Shown: one piece after another, positions 11,466 through 23,940 of the stretch
How the letters are laid out: each line of letters begins with the position of its first letter
How positions within the stretch are numbered: the stretch's first letter is position 1
Source: Octopus bimaculoides
Lineage: Eukaryota
NCBI RefSeq assembly: GCF_001194135.2
Contig: NC_068990.1
Span: forward strand, 8,518,742 to 8,578,958
Reading direction: 5' to 3'
DNA: 60,217 nt
The notes under the pieces: generated by a model
The model's database searches: none
Told to the model about the DNA's origin: nothing
Seen by the model: the letters and a program-made list of their open reading frames with translations, nothing else
Translations under genes and position numbers: made by a program

Positions 11466-12765
11466 CTTTCTCATGTGAATATAAATTTAGTCATGGTGAA
11501 TGATGTACTAATGCTTTTCACAGATCACAGGGGGAAACGCAGCATATTTATTGGTTTCCATAGAAACGGCATCTCATTGACAACCACATGTTTCTGCATC
11601 AAGAGATATCTGATTCGTCGGGTTCGCATATAATTGAACATATCTCTTCACTGACGACACTAAATATTTCCATAAAACTGTTATTGCTGCCATATTACCA
11701 TTATTGTAATTTCATAATACTCACTTATTTATCATCCATTCTGTTTCCATGGTGATAATTAATCCGCAGCTTTTGTAAATATGAAACACGCGCACGCGTA
11801 ACCTGCTTCTGTGCAGACGCCCACATTGAAATTCACACCCAAATACTGAATTATGCTCTCAATTACAAAGACATACACATAAATACACGTATGAATGCAT
11901 CCGTACATCTAATCAAGATCTCGACTCTAATTAACATTTTCCATTTGTGTATTATTGCTTTTTTAAATTTTGTCTATTTATATTTTCGTCTGACTTTCCA
12001 TTCTTTTTATTTTAAATTATGTACTGTCTAAACCAAATGTATTTGTTATTAAAAAGATGTTTTATCAATGTTCACATAACTTTTCTCTGGCATTATTCTG
12101 CGTACATCTGCCTTTTCTCTGTTGTGCATGTTTGATGTACTATATATTACTATGTTTCCTGAGCTGCTGTCATCTTGTGTGAATGATACGTCTCTAAACT
12201 AAATTTAACGGGGATTATACAGTTGTTTTTTGTACTGATTCATATTTTTTTTTTATTTGATGTTTTACTGTGGTCGGGGCTGGTTGTTCTTGAACAATAA
12301 TAGGATTAGCAGACTTTATAGGCTAACATTCCATAATTTATTACGGGTTGCCTCCTGATGACAAAGTTGTTAAATGAATAAGCCAATCCACATGGAAACC
12401 TATCGGTCAGTTATTATTTATAACTTGGCTTTAAGAGTAAACTGGCAAGCCTTGCACAAATTTGATACAGAGAAATGACTGAGAACGATTCCCAGGGCTA
12501 GAATCCAGTTATTGGAAATTGTATTTTCGATAAATCCCTATGTATTTTTGTCGTCTAGACTTCAATATTGTATCAAGGGGAAAACCATAATTGGTTGCAC
12601 CTTTTCTGGTATTACTTAACTGTTATTTTTAACCATGATAAAAATATGGGAGCGTCTTACTTCGCATAATTTACATTCAAAACAGTGAAGTTATAAAGTA
12701 GATTATACAGTATTTGGAGTAAAACTGCAGATCTCAGACAAAACTTCTGACACTCAACTTTTTAT

Positions 12766-12968
12766 AAGGATTAGCGCTGGCAGAATCATTAACACACGGG
12801 ACAAAATTCTTAGTGGCATTTCGTTCATATTTACGTTCGGTGTCCAACATCAGATTTGCCTTTCATCCTTCAGGAACCGATAAAATAAATACCAGTCAAG
12901 TACTGGAATCAATGTAATCGACTTACACCCTCCTTCAAATTCCGGTCTTTGTACCTATAGTAGGAATA
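12766..12968 (+). mobile_element. Diverged SINE of the gctggcagaatc family
   Basis: Shares gctggcagaatc..tttgcctttcatcctt..gataaaataaataccag..aatcgactta with 7074-7303 and 45274-45480. Confidence 0.8.
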
Positions 12969-13511
12969 TTTTATTTAATCCGACTAAATTTCGAATTCTA
13001 ATATAGGCAATATCAAGATTTTTTATTCGCAGCTGGCATGTTGATAACGTAAATACCACATGTGTACCAACATTAATTCAACATTTGAATGCAATCGCAA
13101 AATATAACTTTAGTTGTGTAAAAGTGTATTCATACATGAGATTTGACACCTTGAGATTGTATTTTGTGGTTATTTTAATATCTTAACTGTGAGCTACAGT
13201 TGTATGGAATCCTATATTTTATTCTAAACACGTTCTTCTGTTCTTTTTTGTTTTCATTCATACATTTAAATTACATATCGTCTGCTGTGCAAAACGTAAT
13301 TTCAAACACTGTGTTGTGATACTTTCTTCATAAATGTAGTTGTACCGAAATCTACCACTACGTAACATTAAACATTCTGCTGCTCAGATGTCTAATGTTT
13401 TATATGGTATCTTTCAGTATATTGATTTCTAGTGATAGTTGCTTTCAAACATATTCCATACGGCATATTTCATTAGCGTTGAATATTTCTAACTATCCGT
13501 TTACATTTAAG

Positions 13512-13642
13512 ATGCTATCTGTCAGCGAAACTAGTGCCAAGAGAAAGTGAATCAAATCTGCTTGATTTATCCCATGAAGAAATTTTTAGACAAATGTTAA
13601 CGGATATTACATACGATACACAAATATTTGACGTATTGAACT
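13512..13642 (+). CDS. Putative internal exon of an unidentified host gene
   Basis: Branch-point-like ctaac (about 13489), pyrimidine tract and aag| acceptor; donor t|gtaagc. The 131 nt are open as (phase 2) CYLSAKLVPRESESNLLDLSHEEIFRQMLTDITYDTQIFDVLN (phase 1). Composition is protein-like and does not resemble a TE. Confidence 0.5.
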
Positions 13643-14040
13643 GTAAGCACAAGTTGGTATATTCAATATGTTTCCATTTCATCATAAATTCATACAACCA
13701 CACACCTGTACACATTTACAAGGGACATTACTCGTGCTTTGTATCCTATCCGGGTTTGTTTATTTATTTTTGTTATATCTAACTCAGTATGGAAAAAAAA
13801 AAACTCTTTTCAAAAATTTAAGCGATTTTACCAAGAATGTAATGATATGTATACAACAACATACAACTATACACACCTTTACACCTTCACAGAAGAAGTT
13901 GCTGGTGCTTTCTTGCCGGCTTTTATTTATTTATTTTTATTTATTTATTTTTTTCCTGTTAGCCCTTTTATACAAATGAAAAGTTCTTAACTCTTTTCGA
14001 AATTAAGGTAGATTTAATAGGAAAGTGACAATATATAGAT

Positions 14041-14374
14041 ATCTTTGTCACCACCTAAGCATGACTGTTCCGCAGGGAACCGACATTGCTGCTATTTTAA
14101 CCCCGAGAGGACGCCTGCCCCAGCTGGTTATAACCAGCTGGTTAATCTGCACTCGATATATATTGCGAGCAGGGAAGCGAACCCCTACCATCTTCCAGTC
14201 ACGAGACCACCAGACCGTACAGTTTACACCACTCTGCGGCCATCCACGGTAGTGGATACTTATCCGCTAGAGATAACAGTAGTTCAATCCCCTGCTTGTA
14301 GCATATACCCTAGGGTTGAAATAGCAGTAATGTCAGTTCCAGCGGAACAGCGATGTCTGAATGGCGATAAACAT
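14041..14374. mobile_element. MITE-like element with about 65-bp imperfect terminal inverted repeats
   Basis: 14041-14107 (atctttgtcacc..ctgttccgcagggaaccgacattgctgctattttaacccc) matches the reverse complement of 14310-14374. No coding capacity. Confidence 0.8.
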
Positions 14375-14499
14375 CACTTCTCGTTATCATTACTGCTTTC
14401 ATCTCTGATAGTGATATTCTTAACTAGCTAACTTGTACATATATATATATTTATATATACACACAAATACACACAAACATACACAAACACGCACATACT

Positions 14500-14628
14500 A
14501 TTCTCTCTCTTTTTAATTCTCTGCTTATTATCCCGTATTCCTTTCTGTTGTAGAGCGTAGGTTCGAAACATAAAATACTTCCTCATTTTACCGAGCGTCA
14601 AACTAATACACCTGCTTGTTCATATACC
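14500..14628 (+). mobile_element. Second copy of the probable Penelope pLTR with hammerhead-like motif (14541-14576)
   Basis: ctttctgttgtagagcgtaggttcgaaacataaaat..ccgagcgtcaaactaatacacctgcttgtt, homologous to 7710-7895. Runs into an N gap. Confidence 0.65.
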
Positions 14629-15196
14629 NNNNNNNNNNNNNNNNNNNNNNNNNNNNNNNNNNNNNNNNNNNNNNNNNNNNNNNNNNNNNNNNNNNNNNNN
14701 NNNNNNNNNNNNNNNNNNNNNNNNNNNNNNNNNNNNNNNNNNNNNNNNNNNNNNNNNNNNNNNNNNNNNNNNNNNNNNNNNNNNNNNNNNNNNNNNNNNN
14801 NNNNNNNNNNNNNNNNNNNNNNNNNNNNNNNNNNNNNNNNNNNNNNNNNNNNNNNNNNNNNNNNNNNNNNNNNNNNNNNNNNNNNNNNNNNNNNNNNNNT
14901 ATATATATATATATATATATAAATTCAGTAATAAAACAAGTACTTCACCAGGTAAGAACATTATAGCTGTATATGCCGTTTGTAGAGGACAATTTATTAT
15001 GGCCTTAGTTCCGCTGCTAACGTTATAAACAGCTTTGAACTTATAATATAGCTTTAAACTCACAATGGACATTTCATTCTGCGATATACGACTGATAAGA
15101 AACATAAGTTTATTCTCGGATTATACCCTAAGAAAAATATAATCTTGTGGACCAAAATGCTGTATGTAATAGACTGATGTATATCCCGATGTAATA

Positions 15197-15470
15197 GCAG
15201 TGTAGTCAAGTGATTAAGAGATTCGCCTGGCAACCTATGCTTTTCAGGTTTGATTCCACTGCGTGACATCTTGGAACGATATTATACGTTGTAGTCTCTC
15301 TAGGTTTTGACGGAAACTGTATAGAAGCCCATGTTAGGAACTGTACCTGTAAATGTAAAGGTGCTGCCTGGTCACACACAGTAAATCGGATTATGCTTGA
15401 GAAGTAAATCAAGGATACACATGTCTGTGGAATACTCAGGCACTTAGGTGCTAATTCAAGAGCACGTAAT
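15197..15470 (+). mobile_element. Decayed tRNA-derived SINE
   Basis: A/B-box-like head (tgtagtcaagtg..ggtttgattcca). 3' part gatacacatgtctgtggaatactcaggcactta is shared with the SINE at 53731-54123. Confidence 0.7.
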
Positions 15471-15844
15471 TTGGTTAATCGAAATACCGAATTCCATCGT
15501 CTAAACGGACGTAGAACTCTCCATATATTCCGATATATAGGTTCGGCACAACTACATAGATATATGGCCTAGCGATTAGGTGTTTGACTACTGTTTATAA
15601 AATCTGGAATTTTGTTCTTGGAGATGAATTTTGTTCTTGAGGCAGACACAATACATCCTGCAGCTTCCCTTTGTTCCAATATAAACGCCAGCCTACTGTT
15701 AGAGCAGCCCTCCGATTTGGTGCATTAAGTATAACAGGGACAAGAAAGCGCGATTATAGAGTCTGCAAAGGCAATTAATAAAAACATCGCACGGCGTATT
15801 AGGTCAATGTTTATTTTCGAGTAACTGTTCAGCTTTTACACACA

Positions 15845-15884
<40 letters not shown>

Positions 15885-17333
15885 ATATATATTTATTATA
15901 ATTGTGTACGTGTGTGTATACATACATACTTACATTTGTGTGTCTGTGTGCGTCTATATATATATATATATATANNNNNNNNNNNNNNNNNNNNNNNNNN
16001 NNNNNNNNNNNNNNNNNNNNNNNNNNNNNNNNNNNNNNNNNNNNNNNNNNNNNNTATGTATACATGCATACATCAATATATATCTGACCAGCATTATTTC
16101 GCTTTAAAATTGTGTCGCATTCTTTTATTTCTTTTTGTTGGTAGTTCTTTTCTCCCATTTGTATATATGATACAACATTTAATTTCTTAACATATGCTAA
16201 ATGCCTCAATATATCTGAACATAAACATCTTACAGATCAGCCCGCTTCACGACATAGTTCAATCTCGTATATTTGGTATTCATTTTCCATTGTGGAAAGG
16301 AATTCTGCAAAAGAATGTTATCTATATAATTTACTTGTATCTCGTAAACTTCGTTTATACTTCTTCTTAGCGCAATAAATCAGAAATCGATGCAGCTTGC
16401 ATAAAGAGTGAGCATAAAACTCTCTCATATCTCATGAATAGTCAGATCAACAATGAAGTCTTCATCTTCATGTAGTATGTCAAAACCCAATAATTTATAC
16501 GGATTAATCTTCTCTAAATTATGGTTCCCTGTTGGTCTCACTGTTAGGACGTAATGGCACAAACAGGAAAAGCAACTGAAGTGTAGCGGATATAGTACGG
16601 CAACGAGATATCATATAGAGCCACCGACACGCAGATTGCTATGTTATAGGAAATATAGGAATAGTAGATGCCTTTTGAAATAATAAAAACGAAATCAGTA
16701 CAGATAGAACAGGAAATTGATATCGTTTTAAAAGAATCGTGTTAGTGTTGGAATCCGACTGCATTTCTTGATCGATACACATCTAAGCTATTGGATTTTT
16801 TTCTCCGTATTCAGTTTGAAGTTTGTTGAGAAAGTGCGAAACAATGTGAGGCCGTGCAATGCATGGTATCATGGATTCATAGTTTTTGTTTTTTTTTCCT
16901 TGAAATGATAGTTTTCATATTGTGAGTTGAATTTGCCACCAACATTTTCCTTGCTTTCACGGCTAAGATTTTAACACACGCTCTTCCACTACATAGATAC
17001 AGATTGGTATCTAGAGCTAAAGTGTTATATTCGGAGAATCAATTCACCGGTGTAGCTATAAATAATGAAAGATTTCTTATCTATCGACAAACAGTTCCAA
17101 GGCTGATATGAACTTAAAGAAGGTAACAATAATTCAGAATGGAATATTTTTCATTCATGATCTATGATCTATAATTCCATTATATGTTTACACATCGGAA
17201 TCGCATTTTAGGTTATGCAGATAAAAGATACCAAATCAAGCTCAGTTTTGTAATGTTCCTTGTCTATCTAATCAAATATTTACTGAACTTTTCAAGAGAG
17301 TAGTCTTAAATTCCGGTCTACATCGAGAGAAAA

Positions 17334-17870
17334 CTAATGATTTTTGCATTGAGAAAATATATATGAATACGTGATGATTTCCAGAGATTTTTCTAGACAA
17401 AAGTTGCATATCAGTGATGTTCCGTTGTATGGTACAGCATTTTTTATAATAGACCTGTGGGTGGAATGCTCCACTCCTTTCTGTTTGAGCCTAGAGACGA
17501 AGTTCGATAGTGATATGGAGTGTCTTTTGCTAATATTAGAAAAGTATGTAAGAAAGTTGCGCAGACGACTTTTCATGTTGACTCCATTGTCACCAATGTA
17601 CACACCAATGTGCGCAGCTACATTCATCTCACATTTGTAAACGACATTCTTTATCATGCAGTTGCTGTTAAACCAGTTTTCCTCTTTACGTCTGAAGTTA
17701 CATGTGATATTATTTTTTCCGTTCTCTCCTCCTGTAATCGGGTACTCAGTTTCCTTATGTATGGAGTGGATTGTCAGTTATGTGGTGTTGATTGGATTTG
17801 TTTTTGTTATAGTTGAGGTTTTTATTGTTAATATAACTATATTTATCCAACATTATATGTATACAGCTCG
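17334..17870 (-). mobile_element. Penelope-like GIY-YIG endonuclease fragment (CxC...CPL type)
   Basis: CNFRRKEENWFNSNCMIKNVVYKCE..YIG..LSNFVSRLKQKG..SIIKNAVPYNGTSLICNFCLEK. Confidence 0.85.
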
Positions 17871-18189
17871 GTGCAACCTAAAAAAACTAGTTCATCAGTC
17901 AGCATTATTAGACTGTGGCCAACATAATGGAATAGGAGCTTTATTTCCCGTAAACGAATGTAAAAGATGGGGTAGGAGGAAACTGTTGTTAATGTGTGTG
18001 TGTATGTGTGTTACTAAGTGTTTGAGTATATGTGTGTGTATGTGTGAGTGCGTGTGTGTGAGAGAGAGGGATAGACAGCTTATGCACACACATGTATGAA
18101 TGACTAGTAGTATGGAACATCATTGATTTACGCAGGCGAGGAAGCACCTACGGTGAACATGAATAAGCGTGATACAAGATTATTCCTCG

Positions 18190-18870
18190 CTTAAAGAAAT
18201 TATTATGGGAATCACTGAGTGAAATAAAGTCTCGGTTACTAGCGTAAAGATCACTTGGGCGTTGTTCTGAAGATGAAGGCTCTTGCGAAGGCGGTCATTT
18301 AAACGATGCCCAATTTCCATAACATGTTTCGAAATGCAAAGTTTACCTTGGATACGATATATGAGGTTCATTTGATTAAGACACATTTAAAATTGTCCGT
18401 GGCATAGAACTGCGCTTTGCGTCCAATAATTGCATGTTGTCGTATATAAATTGACAGGTAAAACAAACAACATTAGGACATTAAATGAAATCCAGGTGTT
18501 TATTACAGGAGGGAAGGCGTGGATTAGAAAAGATTAGTAAGAGCTTAGAGGGAAGTTAATATTGTGAAGGATGTTTCGGTGAAGGGTTAAAGCAACTAGA
18601 TCAAATGCCATATAAAAAGAAACGCAGGCATTGGGTGGGGTGTGTAAGTTTAGGATAGCAGAGGAGAAATTCTCTCCTATAGGACTATGTTAAGTTAGAG
18701 GATAGTCTGTTAAAATGAAGAAATAGGGAATTTCTTTAGATTCTAAAAGTTTTTCATGTGCAGTTGATGTAGAGGAAGAAACTGCAAGAATAGGTTAGCG
18801 GTCTTTGAGAAGGAAAATTGTGAATTGCAAAGATGAACAGCTGTGCGGGCTAGTATCTTTAGAATACAGT
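18190..18870 (-). mobile_element. Decayed Penelope-like RT-thumb to GIY-YIG fragment (FTC..IYCI type)
   Basis: Broken frames TLYSKDTSPHS, ALTLHRNILHN and NLIYRIQGKLCISKHVMEIGHRLNDRLRK resemble the conserved copy at 31200-31789. Confidence 0.6.
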
Positions 18871-19754
18871 GTGGTAATGACTATCTCCTTCAATAACACG
18901 AGATAACACCGAATGAGTGATCTCATACTTTAACTGTGAATGAAATATTGAGTACATTGTGTAACCAAAGCATTCCAGTTACTGACGAATTCGATATCAC
19001 AAAACTTGAGGCAGAGTGTTTTGGCTCGCTGGGATCCTGGGTCGTGTTGCTCCTTGGAAATTTACCAAAATTTCCAGATACCATAACATCAAACTAGAAG
19101 AGAATACAGTGTAATAAATCGCTACTGAAACGAATTCAGAGAGAATGTTGAGATACATCTTTCTACAACACATATGTCCACTAATATTGGCTTGCGACGA
19201 CGCAAAAGGATTCTTCACATGACCAATGAGAACCAAACTTACAAGGCACCCAATAGATTTCATGACTTCGGCCATGTTCACCATTTTAAAATGTTACCCC
19301 GTAGGATCACACCCACGAGCCAGTTGTAGAATATTGAAACTCTGTATAACGATAGAGAGAAATCAGGAAATTCATGTGTGTATACATGTACTTCATTTAA
19401 TGATCATTTCTATTATTATAAGAGAGGTAATTATTTCTTCATAATATTTAGTGGAATTTCAAACTAGAATTTGAAATTAGGAAATTATAAAAAAAAAGAT
19501 TCCTGGAATTCACATGCATATATTGTTTTACTTAGTCGATGATAATCAGATATAGCAGTAATTCATTCTTTTTCCGAATTATTAAATAGTTTATGAAATA
19601 AAACACGTCATTTGAAGTTGGGAATCATAAAAATCTAGAGGAAATTAATGAATTGAGCGTTATATTTTCTTTTTTTATAAGGCGTTAGTATTTTAGGAGT
19701 CGGGAGAAAAGTTAGGCTTAATGTAGGGGATATTGATTATTTGTTGGGAATTCT

Positions 19755-20330
19755 AACTTATGCCCGCAACCGCTGAAAATTTCAGACCTAGGTTTCAATA
19801 GTAAGTTATGGATCTTAGATCTGTTCAGGATCTTCGCTCTTTCAGCTAAACAAAGCCTACATTTATTCGATTCTTCAACATAAGGTATGGAGTCTCAATT
19901 ATTTTCCACTTAATCAAATTTGGTGTTTCGTTCTTTCAAACTTCATACGAAGCTAGCCAACTTAGTAGCTTTGCTTTTGCCCTTATGTCGGAAGGAGGCA
20001 TAGCGATTTAAAAATTTTCTTTCATGTAATCCAATATAAGTCTTCTTATCAGTTTTATAATTTAGGATTACAGTAACTTCTGCCCCATAAATGATAGCTT
20101 TAGCCATAGATAGTTGCTCAAGTGGACAGGATCCTGGGTCGTGACAGTTACAACTGGATTTAAGCTGTTTGTATTGACCACGTGTAAAGATACTATTCAT
20201 GTTGGAGCAGCAGCTATACGATAATTTCATAGAACGTCTATTAAATATTTTCCTGTATCTGCGAGTAGCTGGAAAATGTTTGTCTAGGAGAAACACTTTT
20301 CCATATTTGAATAGTGTTCCCATCGTAATC
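19755..20330 (-). mobile_element. Penelope-like GIY-YIG C-terminal fragment
   Basis: LDKHFPATRRYRKIFNRRSMKLSYSC..CNCHDPGSCPLE..IIYGAEV..TYIGL..ATKLASFV..SIPY..CRLCLAER..RSEIFSGCGHK. Confidence 0.9.
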
Positions 20331-21631
20331 TGTAAAACTGGCCTTCCTGAAGATGTAAGTATTTCTTAGACCCCCCCCCCGCCATCTCGGTACAGGTCTA
20401 AGTAGTATTTTTTTTTTTTTTGGCAAATGTTTACGCTGTTTTGCTTACGGGTAAATGAAACTGCCAGGACATAAAAGTTTATGCATGATTTCTAGTGAAA
20501 CCTTCATTTTGAATTGAAGATATTCATATTTTTATCTCTTAGGAAGCACTTCTATATTTCAGAAATTGTTTCACTGTGTAAGCTTTTTGTAAAGCATTTC
20601 CAATGCTGTTATTTTCTGTCAATCTCCTAATGGTTATTTCTTGTATATGATGCAACATTTTCCGCAACATCGCGTTATGTTTGCATTTGTATTTCAAAAT
20701 GTATGTGATTTTAAATATACAATAACTTCGCTTGTAACCGATTGACTTGTAGCACTCTGTGCATCAAGGGTATAGCAGAAATTAAAATATAGTTGAAGTC
20801 AGAAAGTTTTATGATAATCTGCAGAATGTATAATTTTAGAGTTGGAAAACGCTTATCACCGAATATCTTAAATATCGTTCCAAATCCCCAAACACTTGCT
20901 ATTGTAAGTTCATAGACTCCTCCACCATAAACAAACACACAGACTCAAAAACATACACACTTTCACATACGTGTGTAACGTCATCTGCAGATAATGAAAT
21001 AATATCTATGTAATCAGGTCAGGTTTTTAATTTAGTTGTACATAGGAATGATAATTAGCGTTCGAATGTGTCTTTATTATCGAATGTGTACTTATTTGCA
21101 TATTATTCATACATACGCTTTCACATGTTTATTTATATGTAAATGTATAACTATGTCCATTTACGAATTTATTATAATTTTCTTTTGTGTCAATGTGTGG
21201 AGGTTTTTCCTTAAAAGAACATACACTCACGGGGAAATGATAATCTATAGACAGTTATTTTTGATTTTCGGTTTTATTGATAACAAATACAGTAAAAACC
21301 ATACATTATCAAAAACCATTACTGTGCCATAGATATAAATAAATATATACATAAATTTACACACCTGTGTGTATAGGCGTGTTTGTGCATTGGTGTGTAT
21401 ATGTGTATATGCAAACGCGTATGTGTCAGAGAGACAGCGTGAATGAGAGAGACGTTTAAATAACTATATTTGATTGAATTTATTGATCAAAAATATCATC
21501 GGATATTTTCCTCTCCAAAATACCTAATAATTCAATTAAGATTTTTAATACCAAATATTCATCGCATTATAAACGCATAAACACTCAAATACACAAACAC
21601 GCACACACGCATATTCATACAAGCATGCATA

Positions 21632-21672
<41 letters not shown>

Positions 21673-22165
21673 NNNNNNNNNNNNNNNNNNNNNNNNNNNN
21701 NNNNNNNNNNNNNNNNNNNNNNNNNNNNNNNNNNNNNNNNNNNNNNNNNNNNNNNNNNNNNNNNNNNNNNNNNNNNNNNNNNNNNNNNNNNNNNNNNNNN
21801 NNNNNNNNNNNNNNNNNNNNNNNNNNNNNNNNNNNNNNNNNNNNNNNNNNNNNNNNNNNNNNNNNNNNNNNNNNNNNNNNNNNNNNNNNNNNNNNNNNNN
21901 NNNNNNNNNNNNNNNNNNNNNNNNNNNNNNNNNNNNNNNNNNNNNNNNNNNNNNNNNNNNNNNNNNNNNNNNNNNNNNNNNNNNNNNNNNNNNNNNNNNN
22001 NNNNNNNNNNNNNNNNNNNNNNNNNNNNNNNNNNNNNNNNNNNNNNNNNNNNNNNNNNNNNNNNNNNNNNNNNNNNNNNNNNNNNNNNNNNNNNNNNNNN
22101 NNNNNNNNNNNNNNNNNNNNNNNNNNNNNNNNNNNNNNNNNNNNNNNNNNNNNNNNNNNNNNNNN

Positions 22166-22206
<41 letters not shown>

Positions 22207-23085
22207 GAATATGTATATCTATATATACATATATGTATAAACATATATATATGTATGTATATATGTATGAATGTATGTATGTGTGTATGTATGTATGTAT
22301 GTATGTATTTATGTATGTATGTATATGTTATTAGTTAGAGTATGGTCTGATATATTCAGTGTCAATATTATTGAATATTCTATCGAAATACGTGAATAAA
22401 ATTCATATGGTACATAACATCGATTCTCTTTTTAAAAGTATACTTATGTTCGAAAATGTATTCCAGTTAAGAAGAGTAGTATAAAATATTGCATTAAAAA
22501 CTCCTTTTTTTTTCTTTCATTTACAGGAATTATTTTATTTCCCTTTTGTCACTTAAGAATTCGGAAAAACTTACGAAAGTGGATTTCGCAAAAATTGCCA
22601 TTTATGTGCATATATTTGCGTATTTAAATACTAAACATTTTTTTTAATATATTACTGATATATATTCTTGATAAATGCTTATATATAAGAATGACATGTA
22701 CGACCCAATCTGTATTGTAAGTATACCTACACTTTGCCGAATATCATTTTATAGCGGAACAAACTTCATTGGTGTTTTCATTCTGCTAATAATTTTAAGA
22801 AACAAAACTCTGACTTGATCATTAAAGATCATGTGGGTTTGCTACAGTCCTTGATAATATATGCCTGAATCTAAAAGCTGGAGTAGTCTTGATTAAAATT
22901 CTCTGTGTTCATATGTAACCTGGAATGAAACATAAACATTTATATTGGGTAGAAGATTTCTTGACGAAATGACTATAATGATCAGCGCAGTTAGTTATGA
23001 AGCAGAATCCAAACAGAAATCTGTAAAACGTTAACAATTATACATACATATATATAACTCTTTAAGACTTTAATTTGCTTTGAAG

Positions 23086-23500
23086 CTGTGGTCATGCTAG
23101 AGCACCACCGTTAGCAGTGCTACACCATTATTTGAAACCTCCTCTGATATATGAGATTTGGTTAATGAGGGAGATTCATGCTGCTGTTCTCATCTGTATT
23201 TCCTGCCGTGAAGTAAGCTCATCTGAAACCCTTGAGAAGATGAGATCCACTTTTGTTTTGAAGACCCCTACATCCACGCATGCAGGTCTCGCAGGCATTT
23301 TCGAAGGATACTGGTGAGTTGTCGGCTCTTGAAACCAGGCTGTTGTAGTATCTGGTCCTACATTTTGATGGTGATGTTGGGATCTTTGGCACTATGCAGT
23401 GGCGCTTCGTTCCGGCCTTTCCAAGTTCCTGATATGTTGCATTGAGACGATTGTCGTTCAGTAGCTTCGTTGGACTGTTTCGAGTCCCGTCGTTAATTTT
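23086..23500 (-). mobile_element. CR1/L2-type LINE 3' end (RT C-terminus and 3' tail)
   Basis: Minus strand, with frameshifts, reads RHCIVPKIPTSPSKCRTRYYNSLVSR..CLRDLHA..VFKTKVDL, followed by the tail ggtggtgctctagcatgaccacag. Confidence 0.75.
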
Positions 23501-23539
23501 AAACTGTGGTGACCAAAGTTGGGAGCTGTTGTCAAAGCG

Positions 23540-23940
23540 GCTGAGGACATATGCAATTGTAGAAACAAAGGTGTATGTACCCTGGAAATGAATGTCTCCA
23601 AAAGAACATTATATAGAGTTAAATAGTCTGGACTCAAACAAAACAATTTACATATATAGGTGAAGCTTCAAAACTCGATGGTATAATTGCGTTTCATCAT
23701 TTCAAAGACAAAATGCGCAACACATCTCTCGACAATCTCACCGAAAAGAAGGTGCAACGCATCTGGTCAGTGATAAAAACTACGAACCCGTACAATACAG
23801 ACTCCAGAATATGCAATAAGACCTTGTATGTCTTACTGTTTGAGAATGAGTGGATTAGCAGACACTCTGAGAATGTTATGAGGAATAACCATAGATTTAT
23901 AAAACCTCTCAAGGAAATCCTGAGAAAATATTTAACACAG
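23540..23940 (+). mobile_element. Penelope-like GIY-YIG fragment
   Basis: CNCRNKGVCTL..NECLQKNIIYRV..YIGEAS..WSVIKTTNPYNTDSRICN, with frameshifts. Confidence 0.8.

Noticed and set aside
22527-22650. Very strong plus-strand acceptor (t-rich tract, ttacag|gaa)
   Set aside because: All frames stop soon and there is no convincing donor.
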